Assembly (NCBI GenBank): GCA_035285545.1
Contig: JAYKGY010000120.1
Location: forward strand, 1-26,840
From: Snowella sp.
GTDB lineage: Bacteria > Cyanobacteriota > Cyanobacteriia > Cyanobacteriales > Microcystaceae
Length of the DNA: 26,840 bases
Direction of reading: 5' to 3'
Of this stretch, positions 10,172-19,494 are shown one piece after another. Position 1 is the stretch's first letter. The number at the start of each line of letters is the position of its first letter. The position numbers and the translations under genes are program-made. A model generated the notes under the pieces. That model searched no databases. It had not been told where the DNA came from and saw only the letters and a program-made list of their open reading frames with translations.

Positions 10172-10939
10172 CTAAGCGGCTTGACATTCTAGTAACACAC
10201 TCAATTGCTCTAATCCTTTATTTAAGTGGCGCGTCACCGTCATCGGACTAATGCCAATCTTTTGGGCGGCTTCTTTGCGGGGTAATTCCCGTAAGTACAC
10301 GTATTCGATCGCGGCTTTGGTGCGGTCTTCTAGTTGATTAATCGCTCCTTGTAACTGCAAGCGGTCTTCCTCTAAACATTGCTTCGCTTGGGTTTGGGTA
10401 TCGGGTAAAGTTTCCGCAACCGTGAGGGAATAGTCAGAAGAATGGGAAACGTTGACATCCAAACTGATAATGGTGCGATTTTGTAAAACCGCTTGGCATT
10501 CCTGCCATTCGTCTAGGGAAATCGATAATTCTTTGGCAATTTCTAATTCTTTAGGGGGCCGGCCTAAGCGAGACTGTAACTGTTTCCGTAGATTTTTCCC
10601 TTTGGTATAAAGTTCTTGCCAACGGCGGGGAATCCGCAAAACACTGGATTTATCCCGTAGATGGTGTAAAATTTCGCCCCGAATATAGGGAATAGCAAAA
10701 GAGCTAAAGGCAGTACCTTGATGGGGATTAAAGCGTTCAACCGCCCGAATCAAGCCTAAATAGCCCACTTGTTCCAAATCTTCGTAGGGTTCGACACATT
10801 GACGACTGAGGCGATAGGCGACCTGGCGAACCAATCCTGCATTTAATTGTACTAATTGATTCCGTAGATTTAAGGACGGATTGCGATAGTACATCGAAAA
10901 GAGTTCTAGACAACGTACAGGGGAGTATTGAGCCGCCAT
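10172..10939 (-). CDS. sigF: Group 3 RNA polymerase sigma factor SigF (SigB/F/G family)
   Basis: RNQLVQLNAGLVR, EPYEDLEQVGYLGLIRAVERF, FSSFAIPYIRGEILH.LRD and region 4 GISPMTVTR. Start placed at ATG 10939. Confidence 0.85.
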   Translation of the reverse strand: MAAQYSPVRCLELFSMYYRNPSLNLRNQLVQLNAGLVRQVAYRLSRQCVEPYEDLEQVGYLGLIRAVERFNPHQGTAFSSFAIPYIRGEILHHLRDKSSVLRIPRRWQELYTKGKNLRKQLQSRLGRPPKELEIAKELSISLDEWQECQAVLQNRTIISLDVNVSHSSDYSLTVAETLPDTQTQAKQCLEEDRLQLQGAINQLEDRTKAAIEYVYLRELPRKEAAQKIGISPMTVTRHLNKGLEQLSVLLECQAA

Positions 10940-11149
10940 AGTTCCTAGTGTCCACAATAACAATAAAAAAGTTGCAAAACTGATGAATCTGAGATTATTT
11001 TACTTTTGAGCCTGCTTTTCAAAGAAAAATTTAATTAAAAAGCAAGAAAAATTAATCTCGTCTCTTCATACAACTTTTATTTTGCGATTCTCCCCTGATT
11101 CGGGCTATAGGCATTCTACGGAATTATCGCGATCGCCTTTTACTTTCCC

Positions 11150-11259
11150 CTCGGTATATACGGAAGCGAGAACCATCAACAAGGTTAAAAGCTGGAATTC
11201 TTAAGGACTCTTGAGGGAGATCTCAGTATATACGGAGACTATTACAGAGATGTTACGGA
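11150..11259. promoter_or_regulatory. Candidate transcription-factor sites in the divergent sigF / BI-1 intergenic region
   Basis: CTCGGTATATACGGA (11150-11164) and CTCAGTATATACGGA (11222-11236) share a palindromic GTATATAC core; further TAC(G/A)GA half-sites at 11117, 11243 and 11254. Confidence 0.4.
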
Positions 11260-11371
11260 GTGTCCTCCCCTTTTACCGACTCATTCGCTTCGGGAATCCC
11301 AACTGGCATAATGGAGGTTAATTTCGCTATAAAACTTAAGTAGACCCTCAATATATTGCGGAGAAAGATTT

Positions 11372-12100
11372 ATGAGTAATACCAGTAACTTTCGGCAAGC
11401 GATGCAGGAAGCTAGAGGTCAAGCCCTTATTGGGCCCAATGTCATCCCCAGAGCTTTACCCTATTTAGGAGCCGGTTTAGTGTTAACCGCAGTGGGAACC
11501 TATGGCGGATTGGGAATGATTCAGAGCAATCCTGGCCTGTTTATGCCGACCTTTTGGGGCGCACTGATTGGCAACTTTATCCTCTTTTTTGTTGCTCGTG
11601 GTGTTGCAGAACGAGGAAATAACGGGGTTGCCCTACCCTTATTAGCCCTTTATGGCTTGTTGTCTGGCTATACCCTCAGTGGCATTGTATATGTCGCTCT
11701 GGGAACCCAAGGAGTCGGGATTCAAGGCATCGGTATTGCTGCATTAGGTTGCGGTGTGACCTTTATTGTCGCGCGCTCAATGGGATCAAATCTGTCGGAT
11801 AAAGATGGATTAGCATTGACGCAAACCGTTAGTCTGGGAATGGTCGCCCTCGTTGTCGTAATTTTTGGCCAATTAATTCTATCTTTCTTCGGTGTTTATA
11901 CCCCAAGCTGGTTAGAGATTGCGATTTCGGGGATCGGTGTTTTGCTGTTTGCCGGCGCTTCTGTTGTCGATTTCTATATTCTTCCCCGTACTTACTCGGA
12001 TAATCAGTATCTTTCCGCTGCTCTGTCGATGTATTTAACCTACATCAACCTGTTCATTTTCATCTTACGTCTACTCATTGCCATCAATAGTAGAGATTAA
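11372..12100 (+). CDS. Bax inhibitor-1/YccA family membrane protein
   Basis: About 7 hydrophobic helices and C-terminal YLSAALSMYLTYINLFIFILRLL. Confidence 0.9.
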   Translation: MSNTSNFRQAMQEARGQALIGPNVIPRALPYLGAGLVLTAVGTYGGLGMIQSNPGLFMPTFWGALIGNFILFFVARGVAERGNNGVALPLLALYGLLSGYTLSGIVYVALGTQGVGIQGIGIAALGCGVTFIVARSMGSNLSDKDGLALTQTVSLGMVALVVVIFGQLILSFFGVYTPSWLEIAISGIGVLLFAGASVVDFYILPRTYSDNQYLSAALSMYLTYINLFIFILRLLIAINSRD

Positions 12101-12142
12101 GAGATTAAGCGATTAATCAACTAAGAATTAATCTGATTTCTT

Positions 12143-12176
12143 TTCCCCTGACCTTAAACCTGTTGGGGGATTTTTT
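12143..12176 (+). terminator. Possible intrinsic terminator after the BI-1 gene
   Basis: TCCCC...GGGGA stem followed by a T6 tract; the stem is short and the loop long. Confidence 0.35.
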
Positions 12177-12224
12177 AAATTGCGTTATTACGGATAAGTA
12201 GGGCAACCCAGTCAAACGTCAAAA

Positions 12225-12245
12225 GGATTTAACCATGTTAAATCC
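12225..12245. repeat. Perfect 9-bp inverted repeat GGATTTAAC-CAT-GTTAAATCC (REP-like hairpin or terminator)
   Basis: Read directly; lies between convergent genes and resembles cyanobacterial GTAG...CTAC-bounded REP hairpins. Confidence 0.55.
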
Positions 12246-12552
12246 CTAGGGAGAAATGTTTGGATAAAGACATAATTATATTATCTCTTGATCTGTAGAA
12301 CCTAACTTTGCTTTTAATTCAGTTGACTGACTTGTTGATCAGATTAAACTCGAAGTTTCTCTGTGTTTTTTAGTAAAAATATTGTATACAGTAGTATTCA
12401 GAATGTTTCTTTGACCGATAATTTGACCCTATTCTTTTCATTGGAAAAATATAAGGCTGTCCATTAAATGTTGCAATTAAGCCTTATCGCTTACTGAATG
12501 CTTTCGTTCACATTCATAACTACTTCGATGGCAAAATACAGGGATCTAAGCA

Positions 12553-12753
12553 TCAAAGGCAACGGAGCCACGAAACTGGCAAGCAAAGTTGAGGTTCAAC
12601 CACGTTTTCTAGTTGACTTTTTGGGTTCGTGGTTTGAGTCGTATTACTAACGGGAGAAGCAGTTTCTAATGCTTGAGCATAGACAGAGACAGGGGTGATT
12701 AATGAGGTTAGGAGTAAGCTAGTGATCACACTAGTCAAAATATGAGGATTCAT
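12553..12753 (-). CDS. Small putative secreted peptide (66 aa) with C-terminal Cys pair
   Basis: ATG start with purine-rich GAAAGAGA upstream; Sec-type signal peptide ending VYA/AQA; S/T/N/Q-rich linker; C-terminus LCLPVSWLRCL. Confidence 0.65.
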   Translation of the reverse strand: MNPHILTSVITSLLLTSLITPVSVYAQALETASPVSNTTQTTNPKSQLENVVEPQLCLPVSWLRCL

Positions 12754-12875
12754 GACAATTTATCTCTTTCATCGCAACAATCCCATCTTATGGGGGAGTA
12801 TCAGTCTTGACTTCCGAGAATATTCCTGTTTTGGAGAGTTAACTGTAACTTTTGTTCAAGTAAAATTACGGAGAA

Positions 12876-15458
12876 TTAAGCCATCGTCCAATGGGGATCA
12901 TGATGATAAGTGAGTAACTCTGTGGCTTTATCCCTCAACAAGGGTTGGGCAAAGAAGTAACCTTGACCGTATTCACAGTTAAGCGATCGCAGAATACGAA
13001 GCTGTTCTGGGTTTTCAATCCCTTCTGCCACGATGCTCATGCCCAAGTTATGGCCAAGCGTAATGATGGTATGGACTAATTGCGTGTATTTGGCGTGATC
13101 TGGTTCCTCACCGATGTAGCTGATAAAGGATTTATCAATTTTTAAAGTATCGACAGGAAACCGATAGAGATAGCTTAAGGAAGAATAGCCAGTTCCGAAG
13201 TCATCAATGCTTAACTGAATACCTAAGGTTTTGAGTTCATGAAGTAAGGCGATCGCTCGTTCAACATCGTTAATGATCATGCTTTCGGTGATTTCTAACT
13301 TGAGTTCCTTCCCCGTTAATTGAAATCGTTGCAAAGTATTACGAATTTTTTGAATCAGATCCGGTTGGGAAAATTGACGACCGGAGAGATTAACACTCAT
13401 GAGGAGGCTAGGGATTTGAGGAAATTGTTGTCGCCACCGTTGAATTTGTTCGCAGGCTTGTTGCAAAATCCAGTGGCCTAAGGGCACAATTAAACCGCTT
13501 TCTTCTGCAACTGAAATAAAGTCCGAAGGAGAAACTAAGCCGCGATCGAGCGATCGCCACCGGATCAGGGCCTCAAATCCTTCAACTCGTAAGGTTTTCA
13601 GACTAACAATCGGCTGATAATATAACTCAAACTGATCGTGGCTCAGCCCCATTCGCAAATCGGTTTCCAATTGCCAGCGAACAATGGCCTTCGTATCCAT
13701 GCCTTTAATGAAAATTTCATGACGAGCTTTCCCCATAGATTTTGCGTGATACATGGCGATATCCGCATAGCGGAGCAATTCGGGGGGATCGGGGGTGCGG
13801 CGCAACTGATCAAAGGCAATACCAATACTGACCGTAACGCAGATTTCTTTTTCTTGCCAAAAACAGGGTCGGGATAAAACTTGTTGTATGCGATCGGCGA
13901 CTTGAATCACCTCATCACTGTGTTGAAGATTGGCTAAACAAATTGCAAATTCATCCCCTCCGACCCTCGCTAACAAATAGGGGGATTTTAGGCAGGTTCG
14001 CAACCGTTGAGCAATTTCAATCAGTACTGCATCTCCCGCGTCGTGGCCCAAGCCATCATTAATAATTTTAAAGCGGTCTAAATCGAGGAAAAGAACGGCT
14101 ATCAGAGGAGATTGGGGGGAATGTTGATAGTAGGATTGCAGAGATTGCAGAAAGAGACGACGATTGGGCAATCCCGTTAAGGGATCGTGATAGGCTTGAT
14201 AAACGACCTTATAGGCGAGCATTGACCCCGAACTGAGGAGTAATCCCAACAAGGGCGCAACGAAGGGAATCCAGCCCGCTTGTAGGAACGCGAATCCACA
14301 CAGTAACCATAGGACAATCACAGCGATCGCTAAACTTAACCCAAAAGTTAATAACCGTTTGAGGCGACAGGTTAGGATTGCGCCTAAAAAAGACCAAAAA
14401 CCTAGCCAAAGCCACTCTTGTCCTGAATTCCAAAACCAAAATTGTTGTTCTCCTCCTAGCGCAGCCCCCAAAATTTGACTGACTAACTGGGCATGAATAA
14501 TCACCCCAGGCATTTCAAAGTCTTTGGTTTGTCCCGAACTATAAGGAGTCGGGAAGGTATCTTTGCCACTAGGAGCCGTTACGCCAATTAATATAATCCG
14601 GTTATTAATCCATTGGGGATTAACTTGATTTTTTAGGACATCGGTTAAACTGACGGTCTTCGCGATCGCGGGAGAGCGAAAACGCATGAGAGTTTGCCAT
14701 CCAGCAACTTCCGAAGGCGGCAACTGATAAGCCCCTGAATTCACCTGTAATCGATTAAAATAGGCTTTGCCTAACTGTAATCGTTGGTCGGTAAACACTG
14801 GTTTAATGGGATAATCTGCCAAATACCGCAAACTCGTCTGCAATGCCAAGGAAGGATATTTTTTCCCCGAACGAGATGCAACCGCGATTAATCCCCGCCG
14901 TACCACATTATCGGCATCAATCACTAAATCCACAAAACCAATCCGTTCTGGAGGAACCCCCGCAGGCGCAACGACCCCTTTTTCTCCATTCGGAGCAGCC
15001 AATTGATTGGCAACAATGATATTGTCCGCTTTTAAAACCGTTTGTAGTTGTTCGTGCCCTGGTTGATGGGGAATATCTCGAAATAAGTCTAGGGCAATCA
15101 CTTTCGGCTGATGCTGTTGTAAATTCGTCAATAACTCCGCAACGACCGCATCACTTAAGGGCCAACGTTTTTGATTGCGAATATCTTGCTCGGTAATGCC
15201 CACGACTAATAAACGATTATCCAGGGGCTGTTGGGGTTGGAGTTGCACCCAGGCATCGTAGGCGAGTAATTCTAGAAACTGGAGTCTGCCTTGAGATTTT
15301 GTCCAACCAACACTTCCTGCCACTAAACCACTAATTGAAGTGATAACCAGTAGACTACGCCAATCATAGCAAGGCTTCCAGCTTTTACTAGGATTCTCCT
15401 TCGCCGCTTGTAAAAACAGCCGCAATTGATCAAATAACGAATGGAATTTTAAAAGCAC
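12876..15458 (-). CDS. CHASE2-TM-GGDEF-EAL diguanylate cyclase/phosphodiesterase
   Basis: CHASE2 (RLLVVGITEQDI, RWPLSD, IALDLFRD, MPGVIIHAQ), three TM helices, HDPLTGLPNR...GGDEF, EALIR and DDFGTGYSSL. Confidence 0.93.
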   Translation of the reverse strand: MLLKFHSLFDQLRLFLQAAKENPSKSWKPCYDWRSLLVITSISGLVAGSVGWTKSQGRLQFLELLAYDAWVQLQPQQPLDNRLLVVGITEQDIRNQKRWPLSDAVVAELLTNLQQHQPKVIALDLFRDIPHQPGHEQLQTVLKADNIIVANQLAAPNGEKGVVAPAGVPPERIGFVDLVIDADNVVRRGLIAVASRSGKKYPSLALQTSLRYLADYPIKPVFTDQRLQLGKAYFNRLQVNSGAYQLPPSEVAGWQTLMRFRSPAIAKTVSLTDVLKNQVNPQWINNRIILIGVTAPSGKDTFPTPYSSGQTKDFEMPGVIIHAQLVSQILGAALGGEQQFWFWNSGQEWLWLGFWSFLGAILTCRLKRLLTFGLSLAIAVIVLWLLCGFAFLQAGWIPFVAPLLGLLLSSGSMLAYKVVYQAYHDPLTGLPNRRLFLQSLQSYYQHSPQSPLIAVLFLDLDRFKIINDGLGHDAGDAVLIEIAQRLRTCLKSPYLLARVGGDEFAICLANLQHSDEVIQVADRIQQVLSRPCFWQEKEICVTVSIGIAFDQLRRTPDPPELLRYADIAMYHAKSMGKARHEIFIKGMDTKAIVRWQLETDLRMGLSHDQFELYYQPIVSLKTLRVEGFEALIRWRSLDRGLVSPSDFISVAEESGLIVPLGHWILQQACEQIQRWRQQFPQIPSLLMSVNLSGRQFSQPDLIQKIRNTLQRFQLTGKELKLEITESMIINDVERAIALLHELKTLGIQLSIDDFGTGYSSLSYLYRFPVDTLKIDKSFISYIGEEPDHAKYTQLVHTIITLGHNLGMSIVAEGIENPEQLRILRSLNCEYGQGYFFAQPLLRDKATELLTYHHDPHWTMA

Positions 15459-15772
15459 AAATTATCCAGGAGGTGAAAATAAGCGGGTAAGAAGCAGGTT
15501 GCTTGTAAACGGCTACGGTGAGTCACTGGACAATCACTTTCCTCTGACTCTAAAATAGGCGTATTGGATTCTTATTTTTAAAATTATTACAAATAAAATT
15601 AAAGCTTTTGTGAATTTTAAGATTGTGTTTACTGAATGCTTGATAAATTGCTATGAATTTTAACAAAAGGAAACAGTTTTTCAAATAAATAGCCACTAGC
15701 AGCATAGGCACAACACCAACTAAATGACGCAAGTATTGAAAAATTGTCAAGAGAGTAACGAGGTACAGAATT

Positions 15773-16534
15773 ATGGCGAAACGGAACCTTCTTAAACAAA
15801 GTGCTTGGCTATGGGGGATGATCAGTTGTGTGGCGATCGCCGCAGAAACGTTGCCACTCATTGCCCATGCCCAATCGACGGATAATGATTTTCCCATTGC
15901 TCCCGATCGCCGTAAACCGGGTGGGAGTCGTCCTGGTTCCGATACCATTGAAGCCCCGATGCGCCGTAAACCAGGGGGAAGTCGAGATCTCTTGAGTAAT
16001 AATACTTGTCGCTTTGATCCGCAACAGCTAACGGCCTTAGTCCCCCAATCCCTCAATAGTGCAACGGCTTCCGCTTCTCCGACCTTATTTTTTGCAGTGC
16101 CTATTATCAGTCAAGACACCTCCATCGAATTGGTTGTGCGGGATGAAACCGATCAATTAATTTACGAAAAATTTTCTTCCGGTTTAGGGCAAGCGGGCAT
16201 TCTTTCTGTGACGTTGCCGAAGAATATGCTGAAACCCTCTGGGGAATATCATTGGTATCTTTCCGTCATTTGTAACCAACGCGATCGCGCCTATGATTAC
16301 GTGGTCGAAGGGATTGTTCAACGGGTGGCGATGTCACCGTCCTCAACTCAAAACGGCAATTGGGAAGAACAAATCAAACAATATCAAGCGCAAAACCTCT
16401 GGCAAGATAAGCTGGCAGTGTTAGCAGACTTAAAACGTCAACGCCCGAATGATCCCCAAACATTAACCCTATGGCAAGAAACCTTAAGATCGGTCAATTT
16501 AGATGAAGCGATCGCCGTTAGTCCCTTGTTATAA
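15773..16534 (+). CDS. DUF928 domain-containing exported protein
   Basis: Signal peptide (AHA), GGSR motifs, LTALVP, PTLFFAVP, YHWYLSVIC, VEG.VQRV, LWQD.L..LA.L and W...L.SVNL. Confidence 0.85.
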   Translation: MAKRNLLKQSAWLWGMISCVAIAAETLPLIAHAQSTDNDFPIAPDRRKPGGSRPGSDTIEAPMRRKPGGSRDLLSNNTCRFDPQQLTALVPQSLNSATASASPTLFFAVPIISQDTSIELVVRDETDQLIYEKFSSGLGQAGILSVTLPKNMLKPSGEYHWYLSVICNQRDRAYDYVVEGIVQRVAMSPSSTQNGNWEEQIKQYQAQNLWQDKLAVLADLKRQRPNDPQTLTLWQETLRSVNLDEAIAVSPLL

Positions 16535-16633
16535 CCCTATTCCATAGGAATTGATTTTGAGAAACTGATTTTAGGGATTAAATCTTTGATGACTGAAATC
16601 CCTGCTGGCTCGAAAATACGGGCTTTTCATCAA

Positions 16634-18076
16634 TTAATTAATTGAGTTGGCCCAATCTTTAGCCCACAACAAAACAGCTTGTACTCGTTCTATCGTGGGA
16701 GCTTCACAATAAAGCCGTAACACAGGCTCCGTACCACTAAAGCGAATTAATAACCAACCGCCACCACTCATACGGAATTTATAGCCGTCTTTGGTTATGC
16801 AATCGGTAACAGATTGACCGGCAATTTCGGTTAAGGGTTGTTTTTCTAGGCTATCCAGTAATTTTGCTCGTGTTTCCATGCTGGCAAGGGGCAGATCAAT
16901 GCGGTCATATTCACTAAAAAAGTTGGTTTTCTTTTGTAATTCCCCATAAAGATCGCTGATATCTTGACCTGATTCCACAATGGCTTCTAACACGTACAAA
17001 GCCGACAGCAGGGCATCCCGTTCAGGAATGTGATTGCCGTAACCAATTCCGCCCGATTCTTCACCGCCGACTAAAACTGACGTTGCCATCATGCGATCGC
17101 CGACGTATTTATAACCAATGGGGGTTTCAAACACAGGTAACTGGTAGAGTTCGGCTAAAAAAGTGAATAAATCCGAACCACTAACGGTTTTGACCACTTC
17201 CCCCTTCAATCCCTTATTTTGTCCCAAGTGATCAATCAAAATGGGAATTAGTCCCTGAGAACTGAGGAAATTTCCTTGCCCATCCACCGCCGCAATGCGA
17301 TCGCAGTCTCCATCAAACACTAACCCAACGCGAATGTCTTGACTCCCTTTCTTTGCTTCCTGTTGCAACGTTTCCAATAATTCAGGAACGTATTTCGCTA
17401 AGGGTTCAGGAGAGGCTCCCCCAAACAAGGGATCGCGATCGCTGTTTAATTCATTAATTTCACAACCCAATAGACGTGCTAATCCCCCTGCGGCTGCCCC
17501 GTGCATCACATCGGCAAAGACCCGTAATTTCCCTTGCTCAATGGCGGAACGAATCGGCGCAACATTAACCATCGACTGTAAGCCCTTCACGTAGCTCGGC
17601 CAGGGATCAAAATCTACTATCTTGCCGAGTTGCTCTACTGGCTGAATCGGTTTATCTAATAACGCTTCAATTTGTTCAGTAATTTCTGGCCCGACTGACC
17701 CACCAAACGCCCCTTTTACTTTTAATCCCAAATATTTGGCAGGATTGTGGCTCGCGGTTAACACCAAGGCTCCTAAGGCATTTTCCTGTTTTGCCGCCCA
17801 ACTAAAAGCCGGCGTGGGGGCATAGGAAGTCGATAAATACACCTCAAAACCCTGTTCTTGAACGGTTTGGGCAACCAATTTCGCAAAATCTTCCGCCATG
17901 AAGCGTCGGTCATACCCCACAATAATTCGGCGATCACGTCCTGTCCCATAATTATCTGCTAACACCTGAGCCGCGATCGCTGCCACACGAGCCACACGTT
18001 CAAAGGTAAAATCGGCGGCAATCACACCGCGCCAACCGTCCGTACCGAATTTGATGGGGTTAGGAGAAAACAACAT
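16634..18076 (-). CDS. Phosphoglucomutase/phosphomannomutase family protein
   Basis: FGTDGWRG, catalytic TASHNP, metal loop DGDCDR, GEESGG and RFSGTEP. Confidence 0.95.
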   Translation of the reverse strand: MLFSPNPIKFGTDGWRGVIAADFTFERVARVAAIAAQVLADNYGTGRDRRIIVGYDRRFMAEDFAKLVAQTVQEQGFEVYLSTSYAPTPAFSWAAKQENALGALVLTASHNPAKYLGLKVKGAFGGSVGPEITEQIEALLDKPIQPVEQLGKIVDFDPWPSYVKGLQSMVNVAPIRSAIEQGKLRVFADVMHGAAAGGLARLLGCEINELNSDRDPLFGGASPEPLAKYVPELLETLQQEAKKGSQDIRVGLVFDGDCDRIAAVDGQGNFLSSQGLIPILIDHLGQNKGLKGEVVKTVSGSDLFTFLAELYQLPVFETPIGYKYVGDRMMATSVLVGGEESGGIGYGNHIPERDALLSALYVLEAIVESGQDISDLYGELQKKTNFFSEYDRIDLPLASMETRAKLLDSLEKQPLTEIAGQSVTDCITKDGYKFRMSGGGWLLIRFSGTEPVLRLYCEAPTIERVQAVLLWAKDWANSIN

Positions 18077-18251
18077 GGTTAGGGTCAGTAAGGAAATAAC
18101 ACCAATAGTTTACGGTATTCTTCTCTTTTGGTTAACCCCAATTGCCAACAAATACTCAATTAGAGCAGGGTTGAGTTTCACAAAAATTTGGACAAGGTTC
18201 TCAGCACTGCGGTAAGGGATAGGAAGCCTTTCCAACCTCAACGTCAATTGG

Positions 18252-18270
18252 TCACAGTAGGGGACTGTGA
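18252..18270. promoter_or_regulatory. Perfect inverted repeat TCACAGT-N5-ACTGTGA in a divergent promoter region
   Basis: Read directly between the PGM/PMM and REC-HD-GYP starts. Confidence 0.35.
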
Positions 18271-18497
18271 TAAACTAATAGTAGTTTAAAAAAGACTCAG
18301 CAATGCTAAACTCTTGATTAAAGCTCTGATTTTCAACTAGCATCATCGTTTTTAGACCACTAAAAACCTAGTTTTAGATTAGTTTAATTCTATCAACTTA
18401 TTTGATTTATTAGTCGATTAGTACTATTTAAATACCCCCTTCAAACTTAACTTCATTAAAGAACATAGTGAAGGACATTTAAATCGATTTTAAAACC

Positions 18498-19472
18498 GTG
18501 GGAAAATCAAAAACTGCTACTATTTTAGTCATCGATGACCATCCCTATAGTCGTCTAGCAACTGTTGACATCCTTCAATTGGATGGTTATGAAGTATTAG
18601 AATCCGATGGGAGTTCCGATCTCGTTGCAGAAGTATTAAAGCAACAGCCAGATCTCATTCTTTTAGATATCATGATGCCAGAAAACAATGGATTAGTTGT
18701 TTGCGAAAAGCTAAAATCTAATCCTCAAACGGCGATGATTCCTATTATTTTAATTACCGTATTAGACGATCAAAATTCACGCCTGCAAAGCCGTAAGATA
18801 GGAGCCGATGCCTTTCTGCTAAAACCCTTAGAACGGGTTGATTTATTAACTAGAGTTGACTTATTAATTCAAAAGAAACGTTTAGCTGAATGGGTTGAAC
18901 AAATTGAACAAGTTTTACTCCTGATTGCCCAAACCATTGAAGAACGCTATTCAGACAAGTCTGATTCGGATCTGTCCTTTAGCCAATTAGCCCAATCCTT
19001 TGGTGAATACTTGGGGCTTTCCTCGCTAGCCTTAAAAGATTTAGTCTTTGCAGCCCGTTTTCATGATATTGGAATGTTGACTATTCCCGATGCCATTATG
19101 CTGAAAAAAGGAGACCTGACAGAGACAGAACGGGAGGTTATCAAACAACACGTTTTAGTCGGTGAGAAAATTTTTCAACCGCTTTCCTATCGTCGCGAAG
19201 TCGGACGGATCATTCGTCATCACCATGAGCGTTGGGATGGGAGCGGTTACCCCGATGGTTTAGTGGAAGATGAAATTCCTTTTCTGGCTCAGGTTTTCCA
19301 AATTTTAGATATTTATGATGCTTTAACCAGTAACCGTTCCTATAAAGATGCAGTGTCATCAGAAAAAGCGTTAGCTATCTTAAAAGAAGAGGTTGAACGG
19401 GGCTGGCGTAATCCTGAATTAGTGGCAAAGTTTACGGATTTTATTAACGAACAGGCTACTGTAAAGGTTTAA
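18498..19472 (+). CDS. Response regulator with HD-GYP output domain (RpfG-like, partly degenerate)
   Basis: REC domain (VIDD, LLDIMMP, KP), then FHDIG, HHHERWDGSGYPDGL and DIYDALTSNRSYK. GTG start. Confidence 0.9.
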   Translation: MGKSKTATILVIDDHPYSRLATVDILQLDGYEVLESDGSSDLVAEVLKQQPDLILLDIMMPENNGLVVCEKLKSNPQTAMIPIILITVLDDQNSRLQSRKIGADAFLLKPLERVDLLTRVDLLIQKKRLAEWVEQIEQVLLLIAQTIEERYSDKSDSDLSFSQLAQSFGEYLGLSSLALKDLVFAARFHDIGMLTIPDAIMLKKGDLTETEREVIKQHVLVGEKIFQPLSYRREVGRIIRHHHERWDGSGYPDGLVEDEIPFLAQVFQILDIYDALTSNRSYKDAVSSEKALAILKEEVERGWRNPELVAKFTDFINEQATVKV

Positions 19473-19494
19473 AATATTATTGTCTAGACTTTTT

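Larger units (their letters stand above)
400..17980. repeat. HIP1 octamer GCGATCGC, about 28 dispersed copies (span of first to last copy in the core region)
   Basis: Hand-found copies include 400, 424, 2250, 3218, 3581, 4415, 4877, 5241, 6015, 6412, 7117, 8014, 8967, 9602, 10054, 12983, 14323, 14662, 15833, 16281, 17093 and 17973. Only one further copy (25073) was found beyond 18 kb. Confidence 0.9.

Noticed and set aside
12093..12116. Octamer tandem repeat G(A/C)GATTAA x3 at the BI-1 stop
   Set aside because: Short slippage-type repeat with no evident function.
1054..14439. Short ORFs at 1054, 1762, 4263, 5076, 5440, 8289, 8324, 9393, 10737, 13638, 13643 and 14209 (also 15809 and 22648 outside this span)
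   Set aside because: All overlap confident genes in other frames or on the opposite strand and lack recognisable features.
15550..16056. 168-aa minus-strand ORF with an internal repeat
   Set aside because: Antisense shadow of the DUF928 gene; its repeat mirrors the RRKPGGSR duplication.
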